This document shows, piece by piece, positions 1-9,613 of a stretch of 64,000 bases of DNA; position 1 is the first letter of the stretch, and each line of letters begins with the position of its first letter. Source of the stretch: an uncultured Flavobacteriaceae bacterium (GTDB lineage Bacteria > Bacteroidota > Bacteroidia > Flavobacteriales > Flavobacteriaceae). The stretch spans positions 385 through 64,384 of the forward strand of contig CAYQME010000002.1 of assembly GCA_964418645.1 (NCBI GenBank), read 5' to 3'. The position numbers and the translations under genes were made by a program. The notes under the pieces are model-generated. The model made no database searches and had not been told where the DNA came from. It saw only the letters and a list, made by a program, of their open reading frames with translations.

Positions 1-2270
1 TAGGGTTTGCCACTTTTCTTTTTGGCATCGTACTCTTTTGCTCTTGTAAAATAATCGATATACAATTGCTCAACTCCCATACGTGTTTGTGGAAAACGGC
101 TAAAGCTTGACCAATTACTTTGTTTTACATTCTCTCCTAAAGCGAATTTTATAAACTTAGGTGAGTTTTTATAAAGTAAATTCTCGGCTGATTCACCCCA
201 TTTTAATTTTACAATTGCAGAGCGACCACCAATAGGATTAGCCGAACCATGTAAAATTTGCATTGAGGTAACACCACCAGCGAGATTTCTATAAATACCA
301 ATATCTTCAGGGTTTATAACATCTTCAATAGTGACTTCGGCAGAAGAGTTATGACCTGCTTCATTTCCACCTCCAGAAATTCCAATATGCGTATGTTCAT
401 CAATTATACCAGCTGTAAGATGTTTTCCTGTAGCATCAATAACCTTCGCAGTATTGTCTTTTAAATTTTTACCAATTTTGGTAATTTTTCCATTTTTAAT
501 TAAAACGTCAGTGTTTTTAAGGATGCCATCTTTTTCATTGGTCCAAACCGTTGCATTTTTAAACAAAAGGGTTTTCTCTTTTGGAAGTTCAGAAAATCCA
601 TAAGCTCCATTGGGATAGGTTATAGGCATTATTCTTACACTTTTATCATCAGACTTCTTACTCTTATTTTTATTTTGAGTACTATTTTTTACAGTTTGCT
701 TTGCAAAGAAAGAAGTTTCATTACCATTAGGAAGAATTATTTTCCCAGTTAAATTATTAGTTTTACCAATTTTTGAAGTTAATCTATAAAATCCTAGTTT
801 GGTAGTGTCAGAACTAGTAAAGGTTAGGTTTATCCAATCGTCCAAATAAGATATTTTTGTTCCTAATTCCTGATTGCCACTTTTAACTTTTGCTTTTGGT
901 TTACTTGGTGTTCCAGAAATAGATAAATCGTAAGTAGCATTACCAATATTAAATGTATAATTACCACGAATATCTTTAACAGTTATAGATTCTATTACAT
1001 TCTTATGGCCTTTTACCCAATTTTCATAAAGTGTGGTTTTTTTATCAAAAATATCACCAGATGTAATTAAGAAGTTGGCAAAAGTTCCATTTTTTAATGA
1101 GCCAATAATATTAGATTTCCCTAAGAGTTTCGCAGGTACAGTAGTTAAGGCTTCTAATGCTTTTGTTTTATCTAAACCATATTCAATAGCTTTTAAGAGA
1201 TTAGATTTTAATTCTTTAGGAGATTTTAATCCGTTTGTAGTAAATGCAAACGAAATTCCGTTTTCTTCAAAAATTTTTGGGTTTGAAGGTTTTTGATTCC
1301 ATTCTCTCATGTCTTCAAGCTCTAAAACACTTGTTAAAAAAGTATTTTCTACATCATAAGCTTTTGGAAAATTAAGAGGAAGAATGTAAGATGCATTGGT
1401 TGCCTTAATTTCATCAATGCGTTCGTATTCATTACCTCCACCAAGAATTATGTATTGAATACCAAATTGATCGCCAACTTTATCAACACGTTTATCATTG
1501 AATTTATCGCCAGCTGCAATAATTTGAACTAAATTTTTATTTGCATTTATGGCCTCTAAAGATCTATCTAATGTTTTTGAGCCTCCTTTAGCATACCAAT
1601 CGGCATCATAGTACATTTGTTTTAATAATGCTAAAGTCCCCATTGTAGACGTTGGGTAAGATTGACGTGATTTTACACTTCTACTTAATGATAAGTATTG
1701 TGCAGAGCGGTTGTTAATAATTCGTTCTGCGTTACCACCTTTATCTGTTAAAGCAACTAATATACCAGTGCCTCTTACAATTCCATCTTGCATATGCGAA
1801 TTCACAACACCAAACCCAGCTTTTCTTAATTCGGAAGCTGATTTAGCATTAAATTTGAAATTATCAATAGCATTTTGCTCTGGCATTATATGGTCATTCC
1901 AGTAAAATCCTTCACGACTCGCATGGTATTGTGCCGCTCTTCCACCACCACTTTGGCGCTTCGGTTTTTCGACACCAAAACCAGAATATATATCAATAAA
2001 GGAAGGATAAATACTTTTTCCTGAGACATCAATTACAACTGCATTTGCAGGAATGTTTACTGAAGCTCCAGTGGCAACAACCTTACCGTCTTTAATTAAA
2101 AGTGTGCCTTGATCAATAACTTGAATTGGCGTTACATAAATTTTAGCATTAGTAAATGCTGTATAATTTGTGTTTTTGCTTTTTACGCCATCGTTTTTAG
2201 GAAAGTGCTCTTGTGCAATTATTGAAAAACTACACATAAGCATCGTTAAAATAAGATACTTTTTTATCAT
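1..2270 (-). CDS. Amidohydrolase family protein with two tandem modules, secreted; 3' end lies beyond the window edge
   Basis: Absent from the ORF track because it runs off the edge. Hand translation from the ATG at 2270-2268 gives MIKKYLILTMLMCSFSIIAQEHFPKNDG... (signal peptide). The frame stayed open in spot checks down to position 3. The second module has the metal-binding motif GIIDEHTHIG (381-410); the first module has PSFIDIYSGFG at the equivalent place. Confidence 0.75.
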   Translation of the reverse strand, partial: MIKKYLILTMLMCSFSIIAQEHFPKNDGVKSKNTNYTAFTNAKIYVTPIQVIDQGTLLIKDGKVVATGASVNIPANAVVIDVSGKSIYPSFIDIYSGFGVEKPKRQSGGGRAAQYHASREGFYWNDHIMPEQNAIDNFKFNAKSASELRKAGFGVVNSHMQDGIVRGTGILVALTDKGGNAERIINNRSAQYLSLSRSVKSRQSYPTSTMGTLALLKQMYYDADWYAKGGSKTLDRSLEAINANKNLVQIIAAGDKFNDKRVDKVGDQFGIQYIILGGGNEYERIDEIKATNASYILPLNFPKAYDVENTFLTSVLELEDMREWNQKPSNPKIFEENGISFAFTTNGLKSPKELKSNLLKAIEYGLDKTKALEALTTVPAKLLGKSNIIGSLKNGTFANFLITSGDIFDKKTTLYENWVKGHKNVIESITVKDIRGNYTFNIGNATYDLSISGTPSKPKAKVKSGNQELGTKISYLDDWINLTFTSSDTTKLGFYRLTSKIGKTNNLTGKIILPNGNETSFFAKQTVKNSTQNKNKSKKSDDKSVRIMPITYPNGAYGFSELPKEKTLLFKNATVWTNEKDGILKNTDVLIKNGKITKIGKNLKDNTAKVIDATGKHLTAGIIDEHTHIGISGGGNEAGHNSSAEVTIEDVINPEDIGIYRNLAGGVTSMQILHGSANPIGGRSAIVKLKWGESAENLLYKNSPKFIKFALGENVKQSNWSSFSRFPQTRMGVEQLYIDYFTRAKEYDAKKKSGKP

Positions 2271-2350
2271 TTTTTGGTTAGTAAAAATTAAGTCTTAAAG
2301 ATAAAGATTATGTGTCTAGGGAAAACGAATTAAGATATATTTAACTTTTG

Positions 2351-3418
2351 TTATAGTGTTTTGCCTTTAAAATAATTAACCATAAGTGCAACAGCATAAC
2401 TATAACTTTCTATCCCTTTATCTTGATTGTTAGCTTTTAGGAATTTCCCATAGGTTAGTTTAAACAATGGTTCCATTGGGTTTTGGTAAGCTTCCCAAAA
2501 ATCATAGGACTCTTTATAGTTTGCGAGAATTCCTTTATTTATTAAGTCAATTAAAGATTTGTATATATCCTTATCCCTCCTGGAAACCTCATTTAAGCAA
2601 TGCCTTAGTGCAAAAATATACCCAGAATATTTAAAATAGACATCTTCATTATGGATTGCGGCTAAAAAACCAATAAAATTAGTTTCATTTTCGGCAGCAT
2701 AACCTATTTGATGCGCCTGTTCATGACAAGCTGTAGTGGGATATTTGTAAAGTGGAATTAAACCGTCTATTTGAGCTTCATTTGTGAACGGATTCAAATA
2801 CCCGCTAAACCCCATATATGTTAATGGTAGACTATATATTGAAAGTTTAGTACTGCTTGTAGTGTACTTTAATGAAGGGAGTTTTTCCGCTAACAACTTA
2901 TAACCATTAGTAGTTTTACGTAATAGTTCTTGTTTTGAGTAGGGGATTTCTATTTTAAGAGAATCGTTTTTGTTAATACTTAAATGAATAGCATTCGATT
3001 TTTCTATGAGCTTTTGTGTTACGGCTACTAATTCTTCAGTAGTATATGTATTATTGATGTTAAGAGATTTGTGAACAGGGAGCCTGTAATAGTTCATGCC
3101 CCAAAAAATATGAAATGCAAAATATAGTATCGAAATAGCTGAAAACACATCAATAAACCACCTTTTTGTATCTTTTTTGATACGTTTTCTATTTAATACA
3201 AACCATCGTATAATATAAATTCCAGCAAGAGTATAAATAATATCTCCTATTGAAAAGGGGATCCATCCAAATACAAACCGCAATGCTTTTGATGTAAATT
3301 GATACAACCCATTGCTATAATATATTTCAATAAAATTAGGATAACAGGAGAGTAGCTTTACTATGAGGTATTGCGGAATGATACTAAGCGCTATAATTGT
3401 TTTCTTATTCTTGAGCAT
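2351..3418 (-). CDS. Membrane-anchored putative zinc metallopeptidase (DUF3810-like)
   Basis: 355 aa with N-terminal TM helices and an HExxH motif (CHEQAHQIGY). Size and layout resemble Bacteroidota DUF3810 proteins. Confidence 0.55.
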   Translation of the reverse strand: MLKNKKTIIALSIIPQYLIVKLLSCYPNFIEIYYSNGLYQFTSKALRFVFGWIPFSIGDIIYTLAGIYIIRWFVLNRKRIKKDTKRWFIDVFSAISILYFAFHIFWGMNYYRLPVHKSLNINNTYTTEELVAVTQKLIEKSNAIHLSINKNDSLKIEIPYSKQELLRKTTNGYKLLAEKLPSLKYTTSSTKLSIYSLPLTYMGFSGYLNPFTNEAQIDGLIPLYKYPTTACHEQAHQIGYAAENETNFIGFLAAIHNEDVYFKYSGYIFALRHCLNEVSRRDKDIYKSLIDLINKGILANYKESYDFWEAYQNPMEPLFKLTYGKFLKANNQDKGIESYSYAVALMVNYFKGKTL

Positions 3419-3464
3419 TATTCAAAAATAAACAAATGTTTTATAAATCTTTATGACTAATAGC

Positions 3465-3472
3465 TACCTTTG
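3465..3472 (+). promoter_or_regulatory. Candidate Bacteroidota -7 promoter box (TACCTTTG) for pepD
   Basis: Exact match to TAnnTTTG, 32 bp upstream of the ATG at 3504. It lies inside the ORF-track extension that starts at 3453. Confidence 0.45.
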
Positions 3473-3503
3473 TGAAACTTTTAATAAAATAAAATTTAAA
3501 CGC

Positions 3504-4967
3504 ATGAATTCAGAAATAAGACAGTTAGAACCACAAACACTTTGGAATAAATTTGTCGATTTAAATGCAGTACCACGACCATCAAAAAAAGAAGAGCGTG
3601 TAATTACATTTATGAAAGATTTTGGTAATAGTTTAGGGCTAGAAACCTTTGAAGATGAAGTTGGTAACGTAATTATTAAGAAACCTGCAACTGTTGGAAT
3701 GGAAGACAGAAAGACCATTGTAATGCAATCGCATTTAGATATGGTGCATCAAAAAAATGCGGATACTAATTTTGATTTTAATACTCAAGGCATAGAAATG
3801 TTTGTTGATGGTGATTGGGTTAGAGCAAAAGGGACAACACTTGGTGCAGATAACGGATTGGGAGTGGCTACCATAATGGCAATATTGGAGAGTGATACTA
3901 TTGAACATCCAGCTATTGAAGCCTTATTTACTATTGATGAAGAAACTGGAATGACAGGAGCTATGGGTTTAAAAGGGGGTTTACTTAATGGCGAAATACT
4001 ATTAAATTTAGATACTGAAGAAGATGATGAAATTGGAGTAGGTTGCGCAGGAGGAATAGATGTAACTGCAACAAGAACTTATAAAGAAGAAGACACGCCT
4101 GAATTTAAAATTGGGTATTGTATTACAGTTAAAGGATTACAAGGTGGACATTCAGGGATGGATATTCATAAAGGATTTGGGAATTCTAATAAGATTTTAA
4201 ACCGTTTGTTATTTGATGGATTTGAGAATTTTGGATTGCGAATCTCAGAGATTGATGGAGGAAGTTTACGCAATGCCATTCCGCGAGAAAGTTTTGCCAA
4301 TGTAGTGATAGATGCTGTGCATCAAGAAGCTTTTGAGTTTGAAATACAGCTCATGACAAAAGCGATTTCTATGGAACTTAAAGCTATGGAGCCAAATCTA
4401 AAAATAATTGTTTCTAAAATTGAGACACCTTTAAAGGTTATGGATTTAGGTGTGCAAGAAGGTTTAACACGAGCATTATATGCAGCTCACAATGGAGTGT
4501 ATAGAATGAGTGCAGATATTCCTGATTTAGTGGAAACGTCAAATAATATTGCACGCGTAATTGTTAAAGATGGAGATATTAAAATAGGATGCTTAACACG
4601 CTCGTCTGTGGAATCTTCAAAAATGGACTTGGCAAATATGCTTCGTGCTACTTTTGAATTGACAGGTTGTGAGGTAGAATTTTCTGGAAGCTATCCAGGA
4701 TGGACACCTAATATGGACTCAGATATTCTAAAAGTGATGTCAAAGATTTATAAAGATTTAAACAATAGGAAAGAAGCTCATGTTGCTGCGTGTCATGCAG
4801 GATTAGAATGTGGCATTTTAGGAACCAACTACCCCAAAATGGATATGATAAGTTTTGGACCTACAATTCTTGGGGCGCATTCACCTGATGAACGCGCTTG
4901 TGTTTCTTCAGTCCAAAAATATTGGACATTTGTTTTAGAGATTTTAAAACAAATCCCAAAAAAATAA
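3504..4967 (+). CDS. pepD: Aminoacyl-histidine (Xaa-His) dipeptidase, M20 family
   Basis: 487 aa from MNSEIRQLEPQTLWNKFVDLNAVPRPSKKEERV. Contains HLDMVHQK, GADNGLG and FTIDEETGMTGA, typical of PepD. Start moved from 3453 to 3504 on the -7 box position and the usual PepD N-terminus. Confidence 0.85.
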   Translation: MNSEIRQLEPQTLWNKFVDLNAVPRPSKKEERVITFMKDFGNSLGLETFEDEVGNVIIKKPATVGMEDRKTIVMQSHLDMVHQKNADTNFDFNTQGIEMFVDGDWVRAKGTTLGADNGLGVATIMAILESDTIEHPAIEALFTIDEETGMTGAMGLKGGLLNGEILLNLDTEEDDEIGVGCAGGIDVTATRTYKEEDTPEFKIGYCITVKGLQGGHSGMDIHKGFGNSNKILNRLLFDGFENFGLRISEIDGGSLRNAIPRESFANVVIDAVHQEAFEFEIQLMTKAISMELKAMEPNLKIIVSKIETPLKVMDLGVQEGLTRALYAAHNGVYRMSADIPDLVETSNNIARVIVKDGDIKIGCLTRSSVESSKMDLANMLRATFELTGCEVEFSGSYPGWTPNMDSDILKVMSKIYKDLNNRKEAHVAACHAGLECGILGTNYPKMDMISFGPTILGAHSPDERACVSSVQKYWTFVLEILKQIPKK

Positions 4968-4971
4968 GTAT

Positions 4972-5114
4972 AAAAAAGAGGCTGTCTAAAAAGTAATTTC
5001 ATTGTCATTTTGAGCGTAGTCGAAAAATCTCAATAATCTATAGATTAATGATTTTATTTTTAAGAGATTCTTCATTTACATTCAGAATGACACTTTTTAG
5101 ACAGCCTCTTTTTT
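4972..5114. repeat. Compound inverted repeat of about 143 bp between convergent genes; probable bidirectional terminator or REP-like element
   Basis: Perfect 23-bp arms: aaaaaagaggctgtctaaaaagt (4972-4994) and its reverse complement (5092-5114). An imperfect inner inverted repeat pairs tgtcattttgagcgtagtcgaaaaatctc with gagattcttcatttacattcagaatgaca. A and T runs flank both sides. Confidence 0.7.
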
Positions 5115-5135
5115 TATGTATTACACAAATGTAAT

Positions 5136-6308
5136 TTATTTTACAATTTCTACCATTTCAATAATAAAAATTAAATCTGTATTTGGTTTTATGCTACCGC
5201 GACCATTTTCACCATAAGCTAGATATGAAGGTATGTAAAAATACGCTTTATCACCTTCATGCATATTGGCTACACTTTCTTTAAATCCGGCAATCATCTG
5301 TGCATCAGGACTTATTTGCATTGGCATAGGATCATACATTCCACGTTGTTCTTTTTGAGGATTTAATTTGCCATACTTTTCTTCGATTTCTTTTCTGTTA
5401 GAATCAAATAATTTACCATCGATAAAATAGCCTTCATAATATACTTTTACTGTATTTCCTTGTTTTGGCTTTGGACCATTACCTTTAGTAATAGTATAAG
5501 ACATTAAGCCTGAAGCGGATGCTATTGATTTACTTTTGTAATCATTTAAAATTGGTAAAATTTCAGCTGCTGCAGCGTTAGCTTTTTCTTCAGCTTTTTT
5601 GCGTGCTTCTTCAGCTTTTTTGCGTGCTTCTTCAGCTTTTTGTTTTGCTTTTTCTTCAAGTTTTGGTAATTCAGTTTCCCAAGTTTTTAAGGCGTCAAAA
5701 TTTCGTGCGTCATATCCTTTACGAATAATGTTAACTTCTTTAATAACAACATCTTTTATAGGTCTGTTGCCTGGTCCTACTTTTACATTAGAGATAGAAT
5801 CTTGTACATCCAGCCCTAAAACAACTTCTCCAAAAACAGTATGTATGTTATCTAACCAAGGCGTTTCTTTTTCAGTTATAAAAAACTGACTTCCATTAGT
5901 ATTAGGACCAGAGTTAGCCATTGATAAAACACCTGGTTTATCATGTTTTAAAGTTTCATCAAATTCGTCACCAAAACGGTACCCTGGGCTACCAGAACCA
6001 GTTCCAGTCGGATCTCCACCTTGAATCATGAAATTATCCATAACACGATGAAATATTAATCCGTTATAAAACTTTTTCCCTTTAAAAACACTATCAACCA
6101 TAGGATGATTTCCTTCAGCAAGTAGCACAAAATTTGCTACTGTTACCGGTGTTTTATCATAATGTAGTTTTACAACCATGGTATCCATAGAAGTTACAAA
6201 TTCTGCGTATAATCCATCTTCTAAATCAGGATATCTGTCACCACAAGACATAAGTGTTGCAAATAATGCTATGGCAATAATCTTAATTGAATGCTTAAAA
6301 ATTTTCAT
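5136..6308 (-). CDS. Dual-family peptidyl-prolyl isomerase lipoprotein: N-terminal cyclophilin, K/E/A-rich linker, C-terminal FKBP
   Basis: Lipobox LMSC. Cyclophilin motifs [19 protein letters not shown] and [17 protein letters not shown]. Linker [34 protein letters not shown] motifs [17 protein letters not shown] and [11 protein letters not shown]. Confidence 0.85.
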   Translation of the reverse strand: MKIFKHSIKIIAIALFATLMSCGDRYPDLEDGLYAEFVTSMDTMVVKLHYDKTPVTVANFVLLAEGNHPMVDSVFKGKKFYNGLIFHRVMDNFMIQGGDPTGTGSGSPGYRFGDEFDETLKHDKPGVLSMANSGPNTNGSQFFITEKETPWLDNIHTVFGEVVLGLDVQDSISNVKVGPGNRPIKDVVIKEVNIIRKGYDARNFDALKTWETELPKLEEKAKQKAEEARKKAEEARKKAEEKANAAAAEILPILNDYKSKSIASASGLMSYTITKGNGPKPKQGNTVKVYYEGYFIDGKLFDSNRKEIEEKYGKLNPQKEQRGMYDPMPMQISPDAQMIAGFKESVANMHEGDKAYFYIPSYLAYGENGRGSIKPNTDLIFIIEMVEIVK

Positions 6309-6310
6309 TG

Positions 6311-6856
6311 TTAATTTGTTTCTTTTTGGGTTATTGTATTAATTGTTACTTTACATATAATAGGTATATTGGTACCAATACGATTGGTATCACCGTAATA
6401 TCCGTATGCTTTTTGAGAAGGAAAGAGAAAAGTTACCGTTTCTCCAGTTTTCATAAGTTTTATACCTTCCCGTAAGCCCGAGAATAATTCTTCTTGATCT
6501 ACAGCGTAGTCTCTAGTTTTTAATTCCTCAGTACTATAAATAGTTCTACCATTTAAATCCTTAATATCATAACTAAAGCTTACTAGATCTCCAAATACTG
6601 GTGTAACAGTATCATCTTCAACTTTTGTGTTGTAATAATACCAAAAGCCGTTTTCAGAAGCTAAATAATTAACATCAGAATTACTCTGTATAATTTGTTC
6701 AATTCTATTGCGTTCTTTTTGGTTTAGTTTTTTATTGCGCGTAATAGAATTATCAATAAAGGATCCAGTTTTTACCGAAACTGGTCTGCGAGCTTCTGGA
6801 GATTTACAGGCTAAGCAAAGCATCATCAATAAGATTATTGTAATAAATTTCTTCAT
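6311..6856 (-). CDS. gldI: FKBP-type peptidyl-prolyl isomerase lipoprotein, GldI-like (gliding-motility associated)
   Basis: 181 aa with lipobox LACK, then [14 protein letters not shown], and a C-terminal FKBP fold ([14 protein letters not shown]). Size and N-terminus match my memory of Flavobacterium GldI. It sits 2 bp downstream of the dual PPIase. Confidence 0.5.
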   Translation of the reverse strand: MKKFITIILLMMLCLACKSPEARRPVSVKTGSFIDNSITRNKKLNQKERNRIEQIIQSNSDVNYLASENGFWYYYNTKVEDDTVTPVFGDLVSFSYDIKDLNGRTIYSTEELKTRDYAVDQEELFSGLREGIKLMKTGETVTFLFPSQKAYGYYGDTNRIGTNIPIICKVTINTITQKETN

Positions 6857-7869
6857 GATTTGAGGTCCTTTTTATAATCGGGTAATATACTAATAAATTT
6901 CTCAATGGTGCTTTTTAAATCTAATTCACAACGTCCACCAGCTGCATTAGTATGTCCTCCACCATTGAAGTGATGACGTGCAAATGTATTAACATCAAAA
7001 TCACCTTTTGACCTCAAGGATATTTTAATAATACGCTCTTTTCTATCTTCTATGAAAATAACAGCAAAAATTACATTTTTTAGCGATAAGGCATAATTCA
7101 CTATGCCTTCAGTATCTCCTTTTTTAAAATCGAATGCATTCAATTCATTTTGAGATAAAGAGATATATGCTACATTAAAACCTTCAACTAATTTTAAGTT
7201 GTTAAGTGCACACCCTAACAATTGCAATTTATTGTAGCTATTGTTATCGTAAACATTATTATGTATGCTTGCATTATCTGCGCCTTTGTCAATAAGATTA
7301 GCAACTACACGATGTGTAGTGCTTGTAGTTGAAGCAAACCTAAATGACCCCGTATCAGTCATGATTCCTACATACAAAGAGGTTGCTATTTCACTATTAA
7401 TAGAGCCTACATCATCCAACATTTCTATAAAATGATAAATCATTTGGGACGTTGAGCATATGCTAGCATCTGAGTACACATATTTTGCAAAATTATCAGG
7501 TTGTTGATGATGATCAATCATAATTTTGATAGCATTAGAACTTTCCAAAATTGAATGCATGTTGCCTGTTCTATGTAAAGTATTAAAATCAAGCGTAAAA
7601 AGCAGTTCTGCTTGTTGCACTAATTCAGTAGCCTTTTCTATATCTTCATCATACTTTAAAATAGTATCTTCTCCAGGAATCCATTTTAAAAATTCAGGAT
7701 AATCATTGGGTGCAATAACTATAACGTTATGCCCTTTTTGTTTTAAATAATGATATAATCCTAAAGTAGAGCCAATAGCGTCTCCATCAGGGTTTTTATG
7801 TGGTACAATTACAACTTTTTTTGGAGTTGCAAGCAATTGTTTTATGTCTAAAATATCGTTTTTTGTCAT
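6853..7869 (-). CDS. nrnA: DHH/DHHA1 phosphoesterase (oligoribonuclease / pAp phosphatase NrnA type)
   Basis: Motifs HKNPDGDAIGS, DHHQ and GGGHTNAAGG. Start set at MTKNDILDIK (7869) rather than the track start 7953, which would leave only 4 bp to the divergent gene. Confidence 0.8.
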   Translation of the reverse strand: MTKNDILDIKQLLATPKKVVIVPHKNPDGDAIGSTLGLYHYLKQKGHNVIVIAPNDYPEFLKWIPGEDTILKYDEDIEKATELVQQAELLFTLDFNTLHRTGNMHSILESSNAIKIMIDHHQQPDNFAKYVYSDASICSTSQMIYHFIEMLDDVGSINSEIATSLYVGIMTDTGSFRFASTTSTTHRVVANLIDKGADNASIHNNVYDNNSYNKLQLLGCALNNLKLVEGFNVAYISLSQNELNAFDFKKGDTEGIVNYALSLKNVIFAVIFIEDRKERIIKISLRSKGDFDVNTFARHHFNGGGHTNAAGGRCELDLKSTIEKFISILPDYKKDLKS

Positions 7870-7957
7870 ACGTGTGCGAAGATACAATTTTTTAGATATG
7901 ACTTGTCTTGTTTTTAACAAGGAATTAGTTATTTTGCGAGACACAAAACTCATATAA

Positions 7958-8998
7958 ATGAATTATTCTAAATACATTTTACTCTTATTTATACTTCTTG
8001 TGTCTTGCAAAATTAATAATAAACAAAAAGAAGTAATGTTGAATACTAAAGTTGTTTCTAACGATTTTACTATTGCTTTTGGCTCCTGTAATAATCAAGT
8101 TTTGCCTAATGTTATGTGGAGTGAAATATTAAAAAATAAGCCAGATGTTTGGGTTTGGGGAGGCGATGTTATTTACACAGATACTAAGGATATGTTATTA
8201 ATGGCTCAGAATTATCAGAAACAAAAAATCAAACCAGAATATGCTAATTTTACTAAAAATGTTGCTGTTCTTGGTACTTGGGATGATCATGATTATGGAG
8301 TAAATGATGGTGGCATGGAATATTCTAAAAAAGTAGAGTCACAAAACTTGTTTCTAGATTTTATTAATTTAGATAAAAATGATGAGCGCCGACAACAAGA
8401 AGGAGTGTATTTTGCTAAAGACTATACTATAAATGATAATACCGTTAAAATTATTTTACTAGATACACGTTATTTTAGAACTGCTCTAACTAAGGATACA
8501 CTTACTCAAAAAAGATATACGCCAAATGTTTATGGAGAAGGTAGTATGCTTGGAGAAGTACAATGGGAATGGTTAACCAATCAGCTTCAAAATTCAAAAG
8601 CATCTTTTAATGTTATGGTGAGTAGTATTCAGTTTTTATCATCTGAGCATGGTTTTGAAAGCTGGGGGAATATGCCTCATGAGGTAGATAAATTAATTAA
8701 TCTAATAAAAACCACTAATGCTAAAAATACTATTATTCTTTCTGGAGACAGGCATATTTCAGAGTTTTCAAAAAAAGAAGTTGACAGTTTAGCTTATCCT
8801 ATAATAGATTTTACTTCTAGTGGTTTAACACATTCTTATGCGAATTTTAAAGGAGAGCCCAATCAATATAGAATTGAAGATGTCGTTTTTGAAAAAAGTT
8901 TTGGAATTCTTAAGTTCGATTTTGATAAACTTACAGTTACAATGCAAATGCGAGGAAAAGACAATGTGCTACAACAAGAATTAATACAGTCTTATTAA
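7958..8998 (+). CDS. PhoD-like alkaline phosphatase / metallophosphatase lipoprotein
   Basis: Lipobox LVSC; motifs GSCNNQ, WGGDVIYTD, WDDHDYGVNDGG and SGDRHISEF. Confidence 0.7.
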   Translation: MNYSKYILLLFILLVSCKINNKQKEVMLNTKVVSNDFTIAFGSCNNQVLPNVMWSEILKNKPDVWVWGGDVIYTDTKDMLLMAQNYQKQKIKPEYANFTKNVAVLGTWDDHDYGVNDGGMEYSKKVESQNLFLDFINLDKNDERRQQEGVYFAKDYTINDNTVKIILLDTRYFRTALTKDTLTQKRYTPNVYGEGSMLGEVQWEWLTNQLQNSKASFNVMVSSIQFLSSEHGFESWGNMPHEVDKLINLIKTTNAKNTIILSGDRHISEFSKKEVDSLAYPIIDFTSSGLTHSYANFKGEPNQYRIEDVVFEKSFGILKFDFDKLTVTMQMRGKDNVLQQELIQSY

Positions 8999-9022
8999 AC
9001 TTGCAAATAAACTAAAAAGCTG

Positions 9023-9030
9023 TATTTTTG
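9023..9030 (+). promoter_or_regulatory. Candidate -7 promoter box (TATTTTTG) for ndk
   Basis: Exact TAnnTTTG match, 23 bp upstream of the ATG at 9053. Confidence 0.45.
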
Positions 9031-9052
9031 TTCGAAAATTTTAAATAAAACA

Positions 9053-9472
9053 ATGGCAACAAATAGAACATTTACAATGCTTAAGCCTGATTCGGTTGAA
9101 AAAAGTAATATTGGTGCAATATTAGAAAAAATAACCGCTTCAGGATTTAGAATTGTAGCGATGAAATTAACACAAATGACTACTGCTGATGCACAAGCGT
9201 TTTACGACGTGCATAAAGAACGTCCTTTCTTTGGTGAATTAGTAGAATATATGACACGCGGCCCAATTGTAGCTGCTATTTTAGAAAAAGATAATGCGGT
9301 TGATGATTTTAGAACTTTAATTGGAGCTACAAATCCTGCTGAAGCTGCCGAAGGAACCATACGCAAATTGTATGCTGCATCTATTGGCGAAAATGCTGTA
9401 CATGGTAGTGATAGTGATGAAAATGCTGCTATTGAAGGTGCCTTTCATTTTTCGGGAAGAGAAATGTTCTAA
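9053..9472 (+). CDS. ndk: Nucleoside-diphosphate kinase
   Basis: 139 aa with RTFTMLKPD and NAVHGSDS (active-site His). Confidence 0.95.
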   Translation: MATNRTFTMLKPDSVEKSNIGAILEKITASGFRIVAMKLTQMTTADAQAFYDVHKERPFFGELVEYMTRGPIVAAILEKDNAVDDFRTLIGATNPAEAAEGTIRKLYAASIGENAVHGSDSDENAAIEGAFHFSGREMF

Positions 9473-9496
9473 GCTAAAATAATAGAAATATATAAA

Positions 9497-9529
9497 AGCT
9501 GCAACTTAATAGTTGTGGCTTTTTATTTT
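9497..9529 (+). terminator. Rho-independent terminator of ndk
   Basis: Stem agctgcaact / agttgtggct (includes G-U pairs), loop taat, followed by a T-run. Confidence 0.6.
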
Positions 9530-9556
9530 AATAAAGGTAAACAAAGTACTAACAAC

Positions 9557-9586
9557 AAAAAAAGCCTATCAACATATTGATAGGCT
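9557..9586 (-). terminator. Rho-independent terminator of the cold-shock gene
   Basis: Perfect 10-bp stem agcctatcaa / ttgataggct, loop cata. The A-run on the plus strand is a T-run on the minus strand. Confidence 0.7.
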
Positions 9587-9613
9587 TTACATTGTAAATT
9601 GTTAAAGTATATT

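Noticed and set aside
1033-1905. Plus-strand ORFs 1033-1296 and 1711-1905 from the ORF track
   Set aside because: They lie antisense inside the long edge-truncated amidohydrolase frame. Their translations are low-complexity with no family resemblance. They are typical shadow ORFs of an AT-rich genome.
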